This document shows positions 48,504-58,935 of a stretch of 64,000 bases of DNA, piece after piece. The stretch is from positions 128,001 to 192,000 of the forward strand of contig CAVPIB010000001.1 in assembly GCA_963704885.1 (NCBI GenBank), given 5' to 3'. Below the pieces are notes generated by a model that was given only the letters and a program-made list of their open reading frames with translations, had not been told where the DNA came from and searched no databases. Each line of letters begins with the position of its first letter. Position 1 is the first letter of the stretch. The stretch comes from an uncultured Actinomycetes bacterium (GTDB taxonomy: Bacteria; Actinomycetota; UBA4738; HRBIN12). Made by a program: the position numbers and the translations under genes.

Positions 48504-49876
48504 GGTTCGCGTTCGGCGGCCCACGACTCGAGCAGAGCGAACGCCTCGTCCTCGGGGATCGGCCCACGTTCCATACGGAGCTCCATGAGGTAGGCGAGCG
48601 CCTCCCCCACGAGCGGGCCGGGCGCGAGGCCAAGGCGTTCCATGACCTGGCCACCGTCGAGAGGCGGGCGAAGGGCGTCCAGGTTCTCCTCCTCGGCCAG
48701 GCGGGCGATCCGTTCCTCCAGCTCGTCCTGCAGCTCCTCGAGCCTCTTCGCCTTCGCCTCGTTCCGTGTGGTGCAGTCCGCGCGCGTCAGCTGGTTCAGC
48801 CGATCGAGCAACGGACCCGCGTCCCGCACGTAGCGTCGGACCGCGCTGTCGGTCCAGCCGTCGCCGTATCCGTGGAACCGCAGGTGGAGCTCGACGAGGG
48901 TATGGACGTCGTCTATCACGGCGTTCGGGTAGCGCAGCTCCTTCAAACGCGCCTCGGCCATGCGAGCACCTACCACGTCGTGGTGATGGAACTGAACGCC
49001 CTCCGGCGTGATCGATCGTGTCTTGGGCTTCCCGACGTCGTGCAGAAGCGCCGCCAGGCGCAGCACCAGGTCCGTCGGGTCGCAGCGCTCCACCACGGCG
49101 AACGTGTGACGCAGCACATCCTTGTGCTGGTGCACCGGGTCCTGCTCCAGCTGCAGCGCCGAGAGCTCGGGGAGGAACAGATCCGCCAGGCCGGTGTCCA
49201 CGATCAGGGCCAGCCCGACGGGGGCACCGGCGCCGAGGAGCAGCTTGGACAGCTCATCCTGGATGCGCTCGGCGGACACGATCGAAAGACGCTCACGCAT
49301 CTGTGTGATCGCCGTTACCACGCGCGGAGCCGGCTTCACACCGAGCTCCGCCACGAATCGTGCGGCCCGGAGCATCCGTAGGGGATCGTCCGAGAACGCC
49401 ACCTCGGGCTCGAGCGGCGTGTCCAGCTCCTTGGCGGCCAGGTGCTTCACGCCGCCGAACGGGTCGACGAACGCGCCGTCCGGCAACCGCACCGCCATCG
49501 CGTTGATCGTGAAGTCCCGGCGCGACAGATCGGTCTGGATGTCCTTGGCGAAAGTCACCGCAGGTTTGCGGTGCTCCTCCGCGTAGACCTCCTCGCGGAA
49601 CGTGGTGATCTCTAGATGGCGACCATCCTTCATGGCCCCCACCGTGCCGAACCTCACCCCGACCAGGTACTGGCGATCGGACCAACCTCGCAGGACGCGC
49701 GTGACCTGGTGCGGCGCGGCATCGGTTGCGAAGTCCAGGTCGAAGTCTGTGGCCTCCCGGCGCCTGCCCATGATCGCGTCGCGGACGACGCCGCCCACCA
49801 GGTACAGCTGGTGCCCGGCGGCGGCGAACCTCTCGCCCAGCTCTGCGGCCTGGGGGTCGACCTCGATCGTGGTCAT
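48500..49876 (-). CDS. cca: CCA tRNA nucleotidyltransferase (HD domain)
   Basis: LVGGVVRD, DLDFATD, DLSRRDFTINAMA, DDPLRMLRA, LLHDVGKP. Confidence 0.95.
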   Translation of the reverse strand: MTTIEVDPQAAELGERFAAAGHQLYLVGGVVRDAIMGRRREATDFDLDFATDAAPHQVTRVLRGWSDRQYLVGVRFGTVGAMKDGRHLEITTFREEVYAEEHRKPAVTFAKDIQTDLSRRDFTINAMAVRLPDGAFVDPFGGVKHLAAKELDTPLEPEVAFSDDPLRMLRAARFVAELGVKPAPRVVTAITQMRERLSIVSAERIQDELSKLLLGAGAPVGLALIVDTGLADLFLPELSALQLEQDPVHQHKDVLRHTFAVVERCDPTDLVLRLAALLHDVGKPKTRSITPEGVQFHHHDVVGARMAEARLKELRYPNAVIDDVHTLVELHLRFHGYGDGWTDSAVRRYVRDAGPLLDRLNQLTRADCTTRNEAKAKRLEELQDELEERIARLAEEENLDALRPPLDGGQVMERLGLAPGPLVGEALAYLMELRMERGPIPEDEAFALLESWAAEREP

Positions 49877-49931
49877 GACGGCCTCACGATACCCTTCGCC
49901 CTTCGCGAGCCGGGCACGATACCGTGCCGAG

Positions 49932-50303
49932 ATGCCCACATGGCTCGGGTTCATATGGACCGTGCCCAACACGGTGATCGGACTGGTCCTGGGGCTGTTC
50001 ACGTTCCAGGTGCCCCGGCTGGACGGCGCCGTGATCTTCGACAAGACGCCGCGTGGGCTCACCGCGTTGATGCCGCACATGCGCCGCACGGCCATGACGA
50101 TCGGCTTCGTGATCGTTTCCGCGGCTCCGCTCACGGGCACGCTGTCGATTCATGAGCGGCATCACATCAAGCAGTACTGCCTGCTCGGTCCGTTCTTCCT
50201 GCCCGTCTACTTCCTGCTGGCGATCCCCTTCGGCTACCGTCGGCACCCGTTGGAGATCCGAGCGAAGCGCGCCTCCGGAGAGCTGCCCTCGATACCGAGC
50301 TAG
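49932..50303 (+). CDS. Small zincin-like (HExxH) hydrophobic protein
   Basis: W..PNTVIGL, AMTIG, HERHHIKQY..LGPFFLP.Y, HPLE. Confidence 0.7.
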   Translation: MPTWLGFIWTVPNTVIGLVLGLFTFQVPRLDGAVIFDKTPRGLTALMPHMRRTAMTIGFVIVSAAPLTGTLSIHERHHIKQYCLLGPFFLPVYFLLAIPFGYRRHPLEIRAKRASGELPSIPS

Positions 50304-51406
50304 AACATCGCACCGGCGGCGCCGGGCATGGCGGCTCCGCGTTCCATGACCCCCAAGAGCGCCAGGTCGAAGTCGTGAGGGTTCGTGGAGGTGCGTCGCG
50401 CCTCGTCCTCCGTGACCAGCCCTTGCTTGACCAGCTTCACCAGCGCCTGGTCGAACGTCTGCATGCCGTAGTAGTCGCCCTCGGCGATCACCTCGGGGAT
50501 CGAGTCGGTCTCGTCAGGATCGGCGATCCGGTCGAACACGCGGCCGGTGTTGACCAGGACCTCCACCGCAGGCACTCGGCCCTTGCCGTCGGCGCGCGAG
50601 ACGAGCCGTTGCGAGACGATGCCCCGGAGCGATCCTGCGAACGACGTCCGGACCTCGCGCTGCTGTTGCGGCGGGAACAGGTCCAACAGACGGTTGATCG
50701 TCTCCACGCAGTCGATCGTGTGCAAGGTCGAGATGACGAGGTGACCGGTCTCGGCCGCCTGGATCGCTGAGAGGGCCGATTCGGGATCGCGGATCTCTCC
50801 GATGAAGATCACGTCGGGGTCTTGACGGATCACGTGCCGCAGCGCGTTCGCGTAGGAATCGGTGTCGATCCCGATCTCGCGTTGCTGGATGATCGAGAGC
50901 GCGTCGTCGTGGACCACCTCGATGGGGTCTTCCACGGTCACGATGTGCGTGCGACGCGTGGAGTTGATGTGACCGATCATGGACGCGATCGTCGTGGTCT
51001 TGCCGGTCCCGGTCGGTCCCGTGATCAACACTAGACCGCGCGGCGAGTCTGCCAGCGTTCGCATCACCGGCGGCAACCGGAGCTCCTCGAAGGTGGGGAT
51101 CTCCGAGCGAACGCGCCGGATGGCCAGTCCCACCACGCCGCGCTGCCGGAACACGTTCACCCGGAAGCGGCCGACGCCCGCGAGCGTGTAGCCCAGGTCC
51201 GCCTCGCTGTGATCCTCGAATTCCCTCTTCTTGTGCTCCGACATCAGAGCCTGGCCGAACGCCTCGGTATCGGCCGGCGTGAGGGTCGTGTACTGGGTGG
51301 GCTGCAGATCTCCATCGACGCGGACGAAAGGAACGTTGCCGACCTTCAGGTGCAGGTCGCTCGCCCCCCGCTCGACCGTGTGCCGGAGCAGTTCGTTGAT
51401 CTCCAT
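50300..51406 (-). CDS. pilT: PilT/PilU family type IV pilus ATPase
   Basis: ASDLHL, RFRVNVF, GPTGTGKTTT, TVEDPIE, DPDVIFIGEIRD, GHLVISTLH, GMQTFDQ. Confidence 0.93.
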   Translation of the reverse strand: MEINELLRHTVERGASDLHLKVGNVPFVRVDGDLQPTQYTTLTPADTEAFGQALMSEHKKREFEDHSEADLGYTLAGVGRFRVNVFRQRGVVGLAIRRVRSEIPTFEELRLPPVMRTLADSPRGLVLITGPTGTGKTTTIASMIGHINSTRRTHIVTVEDPIEVVHDDALSIIQQREIGIDTDSYANALRHVIRQDPDVIFIGEIRDPESALSAIQAAETGHLVISTLHTIDCVETINRLLDLFPPQQQREVRTSFAGSLRGIVSQRLVSRADGKGRVPAVEVLVNTGRVFDRIADPDETDSIPEVIAEGDYYGMQTFDQALVKLVKQGLVTEDEARRTSTNPHDFDLALLGVMERGAAMPGAAGAMF

Positions 51407-51556
51407 CGGTTCGACTCCCATCACGCCGCGCAGGTGAATGCCGCGGCTCGTCCCGCCTACGGGAGAACCATCGGCACGTTCCTGCGCCGACCGAAGCCTT
51501 AGTTGGGAACCACCCGCGACCAGGCTGGCCGCGCCCGTACGCCTAGAATCGCCGCG

Positions 51557-52057
51557 ATGACCAGCACTCCGAGGGGCGGCAAGCGAGGCGGGTCCACGAA
51601 GGGTGGAGACGCTCCCAGGCGTAGGAAACGCCCGGAGACGCGCACCGAGGTCTCAGCGGGAGGCGTCGTCTACCGTCGAGAGGATGATGCCGTCGAGGTG
51701 GTGCTGGCTGCCCGTCGCACGCGACGAGGGGACCTGGCCTGGGGTCTTGCGAAAGGTGGCATCGAACCCGACGAGTCCAGGGAACAGGCCGCCGTGCGCG
51801 AGGTGCGCGAGGAGACCGGCATCGAGGCCCGGATCGAGGAGTCCCTAGGGGAGACGCGGTACTTCTATGTCTGGGAGGGCGTCCGGGTCCGCAAGACCGT
51901 CCACTTCTTCCTGATGCGCGCGACCGGGGGCGATCCCAGCGACCGCGACGACGAGATGGAGGACGTCCGTTGGTTCCCGTTGGATCGGGCACTCAAGCGC
52001 GCCGCCTATCGCGGTGAGCGCGAAGTCCTGACGCGCGCGGCCGAACATCTCCGATGA
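51557..52057 (+). CDS. NUDIX hydrolase (MutT4-like)
   Basis: EVSAGGVV; Nudix box GGIEPDESREQAAVREVREETGI. Confidence 0.92.
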   Translation: MTSTPRGGKRGGSTKGGDAPRRRKRPETRTEVSAGGVVYRREDDAVEVVLAARRTRRGDLAWGLAKGGIEPDESREQAAVREVREETGIEARIEESLGETRYFYVWEGVRVRKTVHFFLMRATGGDPSDRDDEMEDVRWFPLDRALKRAAYRGEREVLTRAAEHLR

Positions 52058-54078
52058 ATCGACGCTGGGCAGCGGGCGGCCTGACGATCGCACTCTCGCT
52101 CCTGTCGAGCGTCTCGGCAGTTCAGACGGTCCGTGCCCAGGAGGCCTCGAACGTCTCCCTGACGCTCGTGTCCCAAACTCCCTGGGGAACGCTCGAAGAT
52201 CCCGTGATCGAGATCGCCGTCAGAGCCCGCAACGGCAGCGGGGTTTCGCTGGGCGATCTTTCGACCGGGATCACCATCGGCGGCGCCGTTCGTTCCCGCA
52301 GCGTCTACGAGGAAACGCTCACCGGTGGGCCGGGGCTGGCGATCGATGCCACGACCATCTCGCAAGAGGGAACGCTCGATGCCGGCGGCGAACGTCGGTT
52401 CCGGCTTGAGGTCGACCTGTCCGCGGTCGGCGACATCAGCCAGACCGACTCGCTCGTCTATCCGCTCCGGGTGGACCTGAGGAGCGCCGGGACACCGGTT
52501 GCCCTGATCGACGTGCCGATCATCTTCCTGGTCCGCGAACCCGAAGTCCCGCTCCTGCTCTCCACGACGGTCGAGCTGTCCGCGCCCATCGCGTTCGGCC
52601 CCGACGGATCGCTGGCGGATCCGGGGTTCGAGGAAGCCGTAAGGCCCGGCGGCACGCTCGGGGCCCAGGTCGCCGCGCTCCACCGGATGGTCACCGAGGT
52701 GACTCAACCGATCACCCTGGTCATACAGCCATCCCTCCTGGATCAGCTCGAGCGCCTGTCTGACGGATACGAACGCGCAGACGGAACGCAGGTGTCCGCG
52801 GGATCGGGCGCGGCGGCGGAAGCAGAGACGCTCCTGCGATCCCTCCGCGAGACGGTGGCGGTCTCCGTCGTCCAGGTGGTCGCGCTGCCCTTCTCGGGGC
52901 CGACGGTTCCCTCCCTCCTGTCGAGCGGCCTCACGAGTGACCTGGCTGCCCAGCAAGCCCGGGGGATCGAGACGGTTCGAGCGGTGCTCGGCGTTGACCC
53001 GGCATCCACAGTGGCAAGGCCGGCGCTCGGTGCGCTCGATGACGGATCAGTCGCCGCGCTCGCCGCCCTGGGAGCCACCACGATCCTCGGCGACGCAGGC
53101 ACGGTCGAACGGCCCCCTCAGCCGAACGGATTCGCGCCCCCACCTACGGAATCGCTCGCCGTGGGCGGTCAGACGGTCGCCCTGGTGCTCCCCGATCCTG
53201 GCGTGCAGACACTCCTGTCGACCACGGGCTTCCTCGACGATCCGGTTCGTGCGGCGCAGGCGAGCCTGGGCGAACTAGCCGTCATCTGGCGCGAACAGCC
53301 GGTTCCTTCCTCGCCACGAGGTGTGGCCATCTCGCTCCCGAGCGGCCTCCCCGCGAGGTTCTGGGGCGCGTTCCTGGGGCGCTTGGCCGTGGCGCCCTTC
53401 CTCCGCTCCTCAGACGCCGAGGATCTCGTGACGCAGATCCCGCCGGCCGTCGCGCCCATCTCTCTCGCGGCGCCCTCGACCGCCAGGTTCACGCCCGCGT
53501 ACGCCGATGCCATCAAGCGCGAGCGCCGCGACCTCCTGGCGTTCCGTTCGATGCTCGTCGGGGAAAGCTCCCTCCCCGACCGGCTAGCGCGCAACCTGCT
53601 CTTCGCGGAGTCCGCCCAGTACCTGGACAACGAACTCGCCGGGCGAGCATGGATCGACCAGGTGAATCGCGTCACCGAAGGCATCTTCGCGCGGGCCGTC
53701 CCAGACACGAGTCAGGTATTCACGTTCACGTCCGAAACCGGGACGATCCCGCTCCTGATGGGTCAGCCCGCCTCCGTTCCCCTCCGGTTCACGCTCCAAC
53801 TCCGCTCCAACCGCTTCCGGTTCCCAGGCGGGGACCAACAGAGCGTGACGCTGACCGAGCCTGACCAGATCGTCACGTTCGACGCCACGGCCCTCGCGAC
53901 CGGGCAAGGGAAGATCCAGGTGATCGTGCGCGCCCCCTCGGGACGGCCGATCGGACAAACGCAGATGACGGTCCGCTCCACGTCGGTGAACCGCATCGCG
54001 GTCGCCGTCACCGTGCTGGCGGCGCTCATCCTTGTTGGCCTGTGGTCGAGGAGGTTGTTCCGACGTCCAACGGCCTAG
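52054..54078 (+). CDS. DUF6049 family exported membrane-anchored protein (Rv3909-like)
   Basis: Signal peptide, VYPLRV, C-terminal TM; occupies the usual position upstream of murJ. Confidence 0.7.
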   Translation: MNRRWAAGGLTIALSLLSSVSAVQTVRAQEASNVSLTLVSQTPWGTLEDPVIEIAVRARNGSGVSLGDLSTGITIGGAVRSRSVYEETLTGGPGLAIDATTISQEGTLDAGGERRFRLEVDLSAVGDISQTDSLVYPLRVDLRSAGTPVALIDVPIIFLVREPEVPLLLSTTVELSAPIAFGPDGSLADPGFEEAVRPGGTLGAQVAALHRMVTEVTQPITLVIQPSLLDQLERLSDGYERADGTQVSAGSGAAAEAETLLRSLRETVAVSVVQVVALPFSGPTVPSLLSSGLTSDLAAQQARGIETVRAVLGVDPASTVARPALGALDDGSVAALAALGATTILGDAGTVERPPQPNGFAPPPTESLAVGGQTVALVLPDPGVQTLLSTTGFLDDPVRAAQASLGELAVIWREQPVPSSPRGVAISLPSGLPARFWGAFLGRLAVAPFLRSSDAEDLVTQIPPAVAPISLAAPSTARFTPAYADAIKRERRDLLAFRSMLVGESSLPDRLARNLLFAESAQYLDNELAGRAWIDQVNRVTEGIFARAVPDTSQVFTFTSETGTIPLLMGQPASVPLRFTLQLRSNRFRFPGGDQQSVTLTEPDQIVTFDATALATGQGKIQVIVRAPSGRPIGQTQMTVRSTSVNRIAVAVTVLAALILVGLWSRRLFRRPTA

Positions 54079-55727
54079 ACCCCGACCCGATCGACCTGCC
54101 GCCCGAGGATTCTCGCGGCGCTTTCGTTCGGAACACGGCCGTCATGTCTTTGGGCACCACGCTCTCCCGCCTGACCGGGTTCCTACGCTTGTCGGTCCAG
54201 ACGGCCGCACTGGGCGTCACCGTCAGCGCTCTCGGCAACACTTACACGACCGCGAACACAACGCCGAACATCGTCTACGAGTTGGTGCTGGGTGGGATCC
54301 TCACATCGGTCTTCGTTCCGGTGTTCGTGGAGTGGCTGCAGAAGCACGGCCGCGACGAGGCCTGGCTGTTGGCCGACCGCGTGCTCACCATCGCGCTCGT
54401 CGTGCTCGGGACCGTCGCGCTCCTGGGTGCCGTCTTCGCGCCTCAGATCATCCGGCTCTACCTCGTCGCCTCCGACGCGCCCGACAAGGAGCAGCAGGTG
54501 GCGCTGGGGGCGTACTTCTTGCGGTGGTTCATGCCGCAGATCGTCTTCTACGGGATCGGCGCGGTTGCCACCGGCCTGTTGAACGCCGAACGCCGGTTCG
54601 CTGCGCCCATGTTCGCGCCCATCCTCAACAACTTGGTCGTCATCGCTTCGTTCAGCATCTACGCCGTTCTACTGGGTAGCGGCGTGCCGTCCGTTGACGA
54701 CATCACGTTCGCGGAGAAGACCGTTCTCGCGGCGGGGACCACGCTCGGAGTGATCGCCATGACACTCGCCCTGTGGCCCTCGTTGCGTCGCTTGGGTTTC
54801 CGGTGGCGCCTGCGGTTCGACTGGAACCACCCGGGCGTGCGTCGGCTGGGGAAGCTGGCCCTTTGGGTCGTCGTCTACGTGGTGGCGAACCAGGTCGCCT
54901 ACGTGATCATCATCGTCCTGAGTGGACGGTTCCCACCTGGCGGTTACCAGATCTACGCGAGCGCGTTCATCCTGTTCCAGCTCCCGTACGCCATCTTCGC
55001 CGTCTCGATCTTCACCGCTCTGTTGCCGGCGATGTCGAGCCGGTGGGCGGACGACGATCCCACAGGGGTACGAACCCTCTTCTCCCGTGGCTTCCGGGAC
55101 ACGACCGTCATCATCGTCCCCGCGGCGCTCGGCTATCTGGTACTCGCTCTCCCGATCGTCAAGTTGCTACTTCAATACGGGAACGCGGGTCCCGCCGACT
55201 CGGAGGTGATCGCTCGAACGCTCCAGGCTTTCGCCGTCGGGTTGCCGTTCTTCGCCGCGTTCCAACTCTGCACCCGAACCTTCTACGCCATGCAGGACGC
55301 GCGAACACCGGCGCTCGTGAACGTCGCGGCGGCGGTCGTGAATATCGTCGCCGACCTGGCGTTCGTGTTCTGGTTCGGATGGGACGTGCCCGGGCTCGCG
55401 CTCGGCCACGCCACCTCTTACGCGTTCGCGACCGCCGCGTGCCTGATCCTCCTGCGAGGCCGCATAGGCGGCATCGACGGGAGGCGCGTCGTCCGCACGG
55501 TGGTGAGGGTGATCCCGGCCTCCGCGGCCGCGGCGGTGGCCGCGTTCCTAGCCTCCGAAGGGGTGCAGGCGCTACTAGGCTCCGATACGGGAACCCCCGG
55601 GCGGTTCGCTCAGGTGGCGGCGGCGATCGTGGCCGGGTTGCTTGCGTTCGTGGCCTCGGCGCTTATCTTGCGCATCGAGGAGGTCGATGACGTCAAGGAC
55701 GCGGTCCTCAGGAGGTTCCGCGGATGA
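54042..55727 (+). CDS. murJ: Lipid II flippase
   Basis: GTTLSRLTGFLR, ANTTPNIVYEL, PQIVFYG, APILNN, FYAMQDARTP. Confidence 0.95.
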   Translation: MVEEVVPTSNGLDPDPIDLPPEDSRGAFVRNTAVMSLGTTLSRLTGFLRLSVQTAALGVTVSALGNTYTTANTTPNIVYELVLGGILTSVFVPVFVEWLQKHGRDEAWLLADRVLTIALVVLGTVALLGAVFAPQIIRLYLVASDAPDKEQQVALGAYFLRWFMPQIVFYGIGAVATGLLNAERRFAAPMFAPILNNLVVIASFSIYAVLLGSGVPSVDDITFAEKTVLAAGTTLGVIAMTLALWPSLRRLGFRWRLRFDWNHPGVRRLGKLALWVVVYVVANQVAYVIIIVLSGRFPPGGYQIYASAFILFQLPYAIFAVSIFTALLPAMSSRWADDDPTGVRTLFSRGFRDTTVIIVPAALGYLVLALPIVKLLLQYGNAGPADSEVIARTLQAFAVGLPFFAAFQLCTRTFYAMQDARTPALVNVAAAVVNIVADLAFVFWFGWDVPGLALGHATSYAFATAACLILLRGRIGGIDGRRVVRTVVRVIPASAAAAVAAFLASEGVQALLGSDTGTPGRFAQVAAAIVAGLLAFVASALILRIEEVDDVKDAVLRRFRG

Positions 55728-56137
55728 CGAGCATGAAGAACCGGTTCCAGCAGGAAGCGGGCGCCGTCGGCTGGCTGATCGTCATGTGGCTGACGTTCGT
55801 CGTCCTTGTCGGCATGGTCTTGATGGACGCCGGCTCGATAGCGTTCACCAAGTTCCGGCTGGCGGACGTGGCGAGCAGCGCCGCGACCCAGGGGGCCAAC
55901 GCCTACCGGTCGAGTCACGATCCGGCCGGAGCTTGCCAGGCGGCCTCAGACCAGATCGCGACCGAGGATCCCGCCGCCAAACTCGCCATCGCGGGCTGCT
56001 CGGTCGACGTGCGGACCGGGGTCGTGACGATCAAGGTCCGCAAACAAGCCAGCACGATCCTGGCCGGCCGGTTCGGCTTCACCAAGCACTACACGAAGGT
56101 CACCGCAACCGAGTCCAACGGCCCGAGCACGCTGTAG
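55724..56137 (+). CDS. TadE/TadG-like pilin-type membrane protein
   Basis: QEAG/AVGWL prepilin-like N-terminus, TM segment, D.G...LADVASSAATQGA, Cys pair. Confidence 0.55.
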   Translation: MTSMKNRFQQEAGAVGWLIVMWLTFVVLVGMVLMDAGSIAFTKFRLADVASSAATQGANAYRSSHDPAGACQAASDQIATEDPAAKLAIAGCSVDVRTGVVTIKVRKQASTILAGRFGFTKHYTKVTATESNGPSTL

Positions 56138-56147
56138 CGTTCCAAGC

Positions 56148-56753
56148 GTGACGGATCCCGAGAGCGACGAAGACCTCGTCCATCGGTACCTGCAGGGCGA
56201 CGCCCAAGCGTTCACAGAGTTGGTGACGCGACACGAGTCCCGGGTGTACAACGTTGCGCTGCGCGTGCTGGGCGATCCCGACGACGCGCGCGACGCCGCG
56301 CAGGACACGTTCTTGACGGTCGTCAGGAAGCTCTCACAGTTCCGCGGGGACGCGGCGTTCACGACGTGGCTCCACCGCGTCACCGTGAACGCCTGCTACG
56401 ACATCTTGCGGAAGCGCCGCCGCCAGCCGATGCTCCGGCTGGCTCCAGAGGGTGACGAGCCCGTGCCCGAACTCGGACCGCCCGTCGCGGACCACGCAGA
56501 TGCCGCCGTCGGATCGATCGACGTGGCGCGCGCGCTCCAGTTGATCCCAGAGGAGTACCGGGTGGTCCTGGTGCTGGCGGACGTGCAGGACCTGCCGTAC
56601 GAGGAGATCTCGCGGGTGCTGGACGTGCCGATAGGCACCGTCAAGTCGCGGGTCCATCGGGGCCGCATCGCGCTCGGACGGGCTCTAGGGCTGCCCGAAG
56701 AGCCTCCTCGGGAACCCGCCCCCGCCCCCCGGCCGTCGGAGAGAGAGTCATGA
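56148..56753 (+). CDS. sigM: ECF RNA polymerase sigma factor (SigM-like)
   Basis: DARDAAQD, FTTWLHRVTVNACYD, GTVKSRVHRGR; located between murJ and trxB. Confidence 0.85.
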   Translation: MTDPESDEDLVHRYLQGDAQAFTELVTRHESRVYNVALRVLGDPDDARDAAQDTFLTVVRKLSQFRGDAAFTTWLHRVTVNACYDILRKRRRQPMLRLAPEGDEPVPELGPPVADHADAAVGSIDVARALQLIPEEYRVVLVLADVQDLPYEEISRVLDVPIGTVKSRVHRGRIALGRALGLPEEPPREPAPAPRPSERES

Positions 56754-57499
56754 CGCACCCCGAGGAGCACCTCGCCGGATACGTCGATGCAAGCCTGTCA
56801 CCGGATGAGCGGAGGGCCGTCGACGCGCATCTCGCCGATTGCGAGAGATGCCGCCGAGAGGTCGCGGTCGCCGCGGGTGCGAGGGCGGCGCTCGGATCGC
56901 TGGCCGAGGTCCCGGCGCCCTCGGACGTCGCGACGACCGCGCTCCGCGAAGCGGGAGCGGCCAAGCAGACCCGGCCGGCCGACGGCACCCCCGCTTGGTA
57001 CCGCATCGCCGGAGTGGCCGCGGCCGTCGCGGCAGGACTCCTGGTCGTGTCGCTCGTTCTGCCGCGGGTGGGCGACAGCTCGAACGACGCGGCACAGCGT
57101 GAGAGCGGCGGGGCGGGAGGCGAGGACGCCGGGGTGATCGCCGAGGCCGCGGGCTTCCTCGAGATCCAGGACGTGGACTACGACGATGCCTCCCTGTCGT
57201 CGTTCGCTTCCTCGTTCAAGTCGGCCGACGGTGCAGACGGCGCCGCCTCCGCCCCAGAGTCACTGCGACTCGGAACCCCACAGCAGACCCAGAAGGCGTT
57301 GCGCTGCATCGCGAAGTCGGCCCCAGATGAGACCGGAGAGCTGACCCGGCTGATCAAGGCGCGGTTCCAAGGCACCCCGGCCTATCTGGCGGTCTTCCTG
57401 GATGGACCCGGGGCGGGTCAACCGCCCGACGCCGTCTCGATCTGGGTCCTGGCGACCGACGGCTGCGCGATCCTCTCGTACTCCAACGCTCGGCTGTAG
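56750..57499 (+). CDS. zf-HC2 anti-sigma factor
   Basis: H...HLADCERC zinc motif, single TM, translationally coupled to the sigma gene. Confidence 0.88.
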   Translation: MTHPEEHLAGYVDASLSPDERRAVDAHLADCERCRREVAVAAGARAALGSLAEVPAPSDVATTALREAGAAKQTRPADGTPAWYRIAGVAAAVAAGLLVVSLVLPRVGDSSNDAAQRESGGAGGEDAGVIAEAAGFLEIQDVDYDDASLSSFASSFKSADGADGAASAPESLRLGTPQQTQKALRCIAKSAPDETGELTRLIKARFQGTPAYLAVFLDGPGAGQPPDAVSIWVLATDGCAILSYSNARL

Positions 57500-57552
57500 C
57501 CCCGCGCCGGGAATAGGAGGCCGTTCTTGCCTATGGGAGGATTGGACGCGTC

Positions 57553-58485
57553 ATGACCGAGACCCGCAACGTGATCGTGATCGGATCGGGCCCGGCGGGC
57601 TTCACGGCCGCGCTCTACGCCGCTCGCGCGAACCTGGCGCCGCTCGTCCTGAAAGGGCTCGAGGCCGGTGGACAGCTCATGCTCACCACCGACGTCGAGA
57701 ACTACCCGGGCTTCGCCGATGGCATCTTGGGACCCGAGCTCATGGAGCAGATGGAGAAGCAGGCCGAGCGCTTCGGCGCCCAGATCCTGCCCGTCCACGT
57801 GACACGGGTCGACCTGTCCGGCCGTCCGTTCGGCGTTTGGTCCGGAGATCAGGAGTGGCGCGCGGAGACCTTGATCGTGTCGACGGGTGCGAGCGCCAAG
57901 TGGCTGGACGTCCCCGGCGAAGAAAGGCTCCGCGGGCGCGGCGTGAGCGCCTGCGCCACATGCGACGGATTCTTCTTCCGCGATCGCGAGCTGATCGTCG
58001 TCGGCGGCGGTGACACCGCCATGGAGGAGGCAACGTTCCTCACGAAGTTCGCCAGCAAGGTCACCATCGTGCACCGCCGCGACGAGTTCCGCGCGTCACC
58101 GATCATGGTGGATCGGGCGTTGGCGAACCCGAAGATCGAGGTGGTCTGGGACACGGTCGTCGAGGAGATCATCGGAGACGACGCCGTTACGGGCGTTCGG
58201 CTGCGCAACGTGAGGACGGACCATGAGCGCCAGATGAAGACGGACGGCGTCTTCATGGCGATCGGTCACACGCCGAACACGGCGCTCTTCGAGGGGCAGC
58301 TCGAGCTTCAGGGCGGCTACGCCGTGGTGCAGGAGCCCCGTACCCTAACCAGTGTCGAAGGGGTTTTCGCAGCCGGCGACGTCACCGACACCATCTATCG
58401 TCAGGCGGTGACGGCCGCCGGCCAGGGCTGCAAGGCGGCGATCGACGCCGAGCGGTTCCTGGAGGAAGAGGCACACGCGTCCTGA
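57553..58485 (+). CDS. trxB: Thioredoxin-disulfide reductase
   Basis: [33 protein letters not shown]. Confidence 0.97.
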   Translation: MTETRNVIVIGSGPAGFTAALYAARANLAPLVLKGLEAGGQLMLTTDVENYPGFADGILGPELMEQMEKQAERFGAQILPVHVTRVDLSGRPFGVWSGDQEWRAETLIVSTGASAKWLDVPGEERLRGRGVSACATCDGFFFRDRELIVVGGGDTAMEEATFLTKFASKVTIVHRRDEFRASPIMVDRALANPKIEVVWDTVVEEIIGDDAVTGVRLRNVRTDHERQMKTDGVFMAIGHTPNTALFEGQLELQGGYAVVQEPRTLTSVEGVFAAGDVTDTIYRQAVTAAGQGCKAAIDAERFLEEEAHAS

Positions 58486-58542
58486 GCCGGGAATCCCCCA
58501 GCGGTGAGAAGCGTTCGAGGAACCACCGAGAAGGAGACAGAG

Positions 58543-58872
58543 ATGGCCAACATCGGCAACGTGAACGACACCGACTTCCAGTCCAACGTCTTAGATTCCG
58601 AGACCCCCGTCCTGGTGGACTTCTGGGCAGAGTGGTGCGTCCCGTGCCACATGGTCTCCCCCGTTGTGGAGGAGATCGCCCAGGAGAAGGGCGAGACGCT
58701 CAAGGTCGCCAAGCTCAATATCGACGACAACCCCGACGCAACGCGGACCTACGGCGTGATGAGCATCCCCTCGCTGATCCTGTTCAAGGGCGGCAAGGAG
58801 GTCGCGCGAGTGGTAGGCGCCAAGCCGAAAGACGCGATCTTGCGCGACGTCGAGCCCCACCTGGTCGGCTGA
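58543..58872 (+). CDS. trxA: Thioredoxin
   Basis: VLVDFWAEWCVPC, VMSIP; AAGGAG SD. Confidence 0.95.
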   Translation: MANIGNVNDTDFQSNVLDSETPVLVDFWAEWCVPCHMVSPVVEEIAQEKGETLKVAKLNIDDNPDATRTYGVMSIPSLILFKGGKEVARVVGAKPKDAILRDVEPHLVG

Positions 58873-58935
58873 GCCCAACCCGCTCGAGCGGCGGCGCGGT
58901 TGCCGCCTTCGATGGCGCAGCACAGACTGGTCGGC

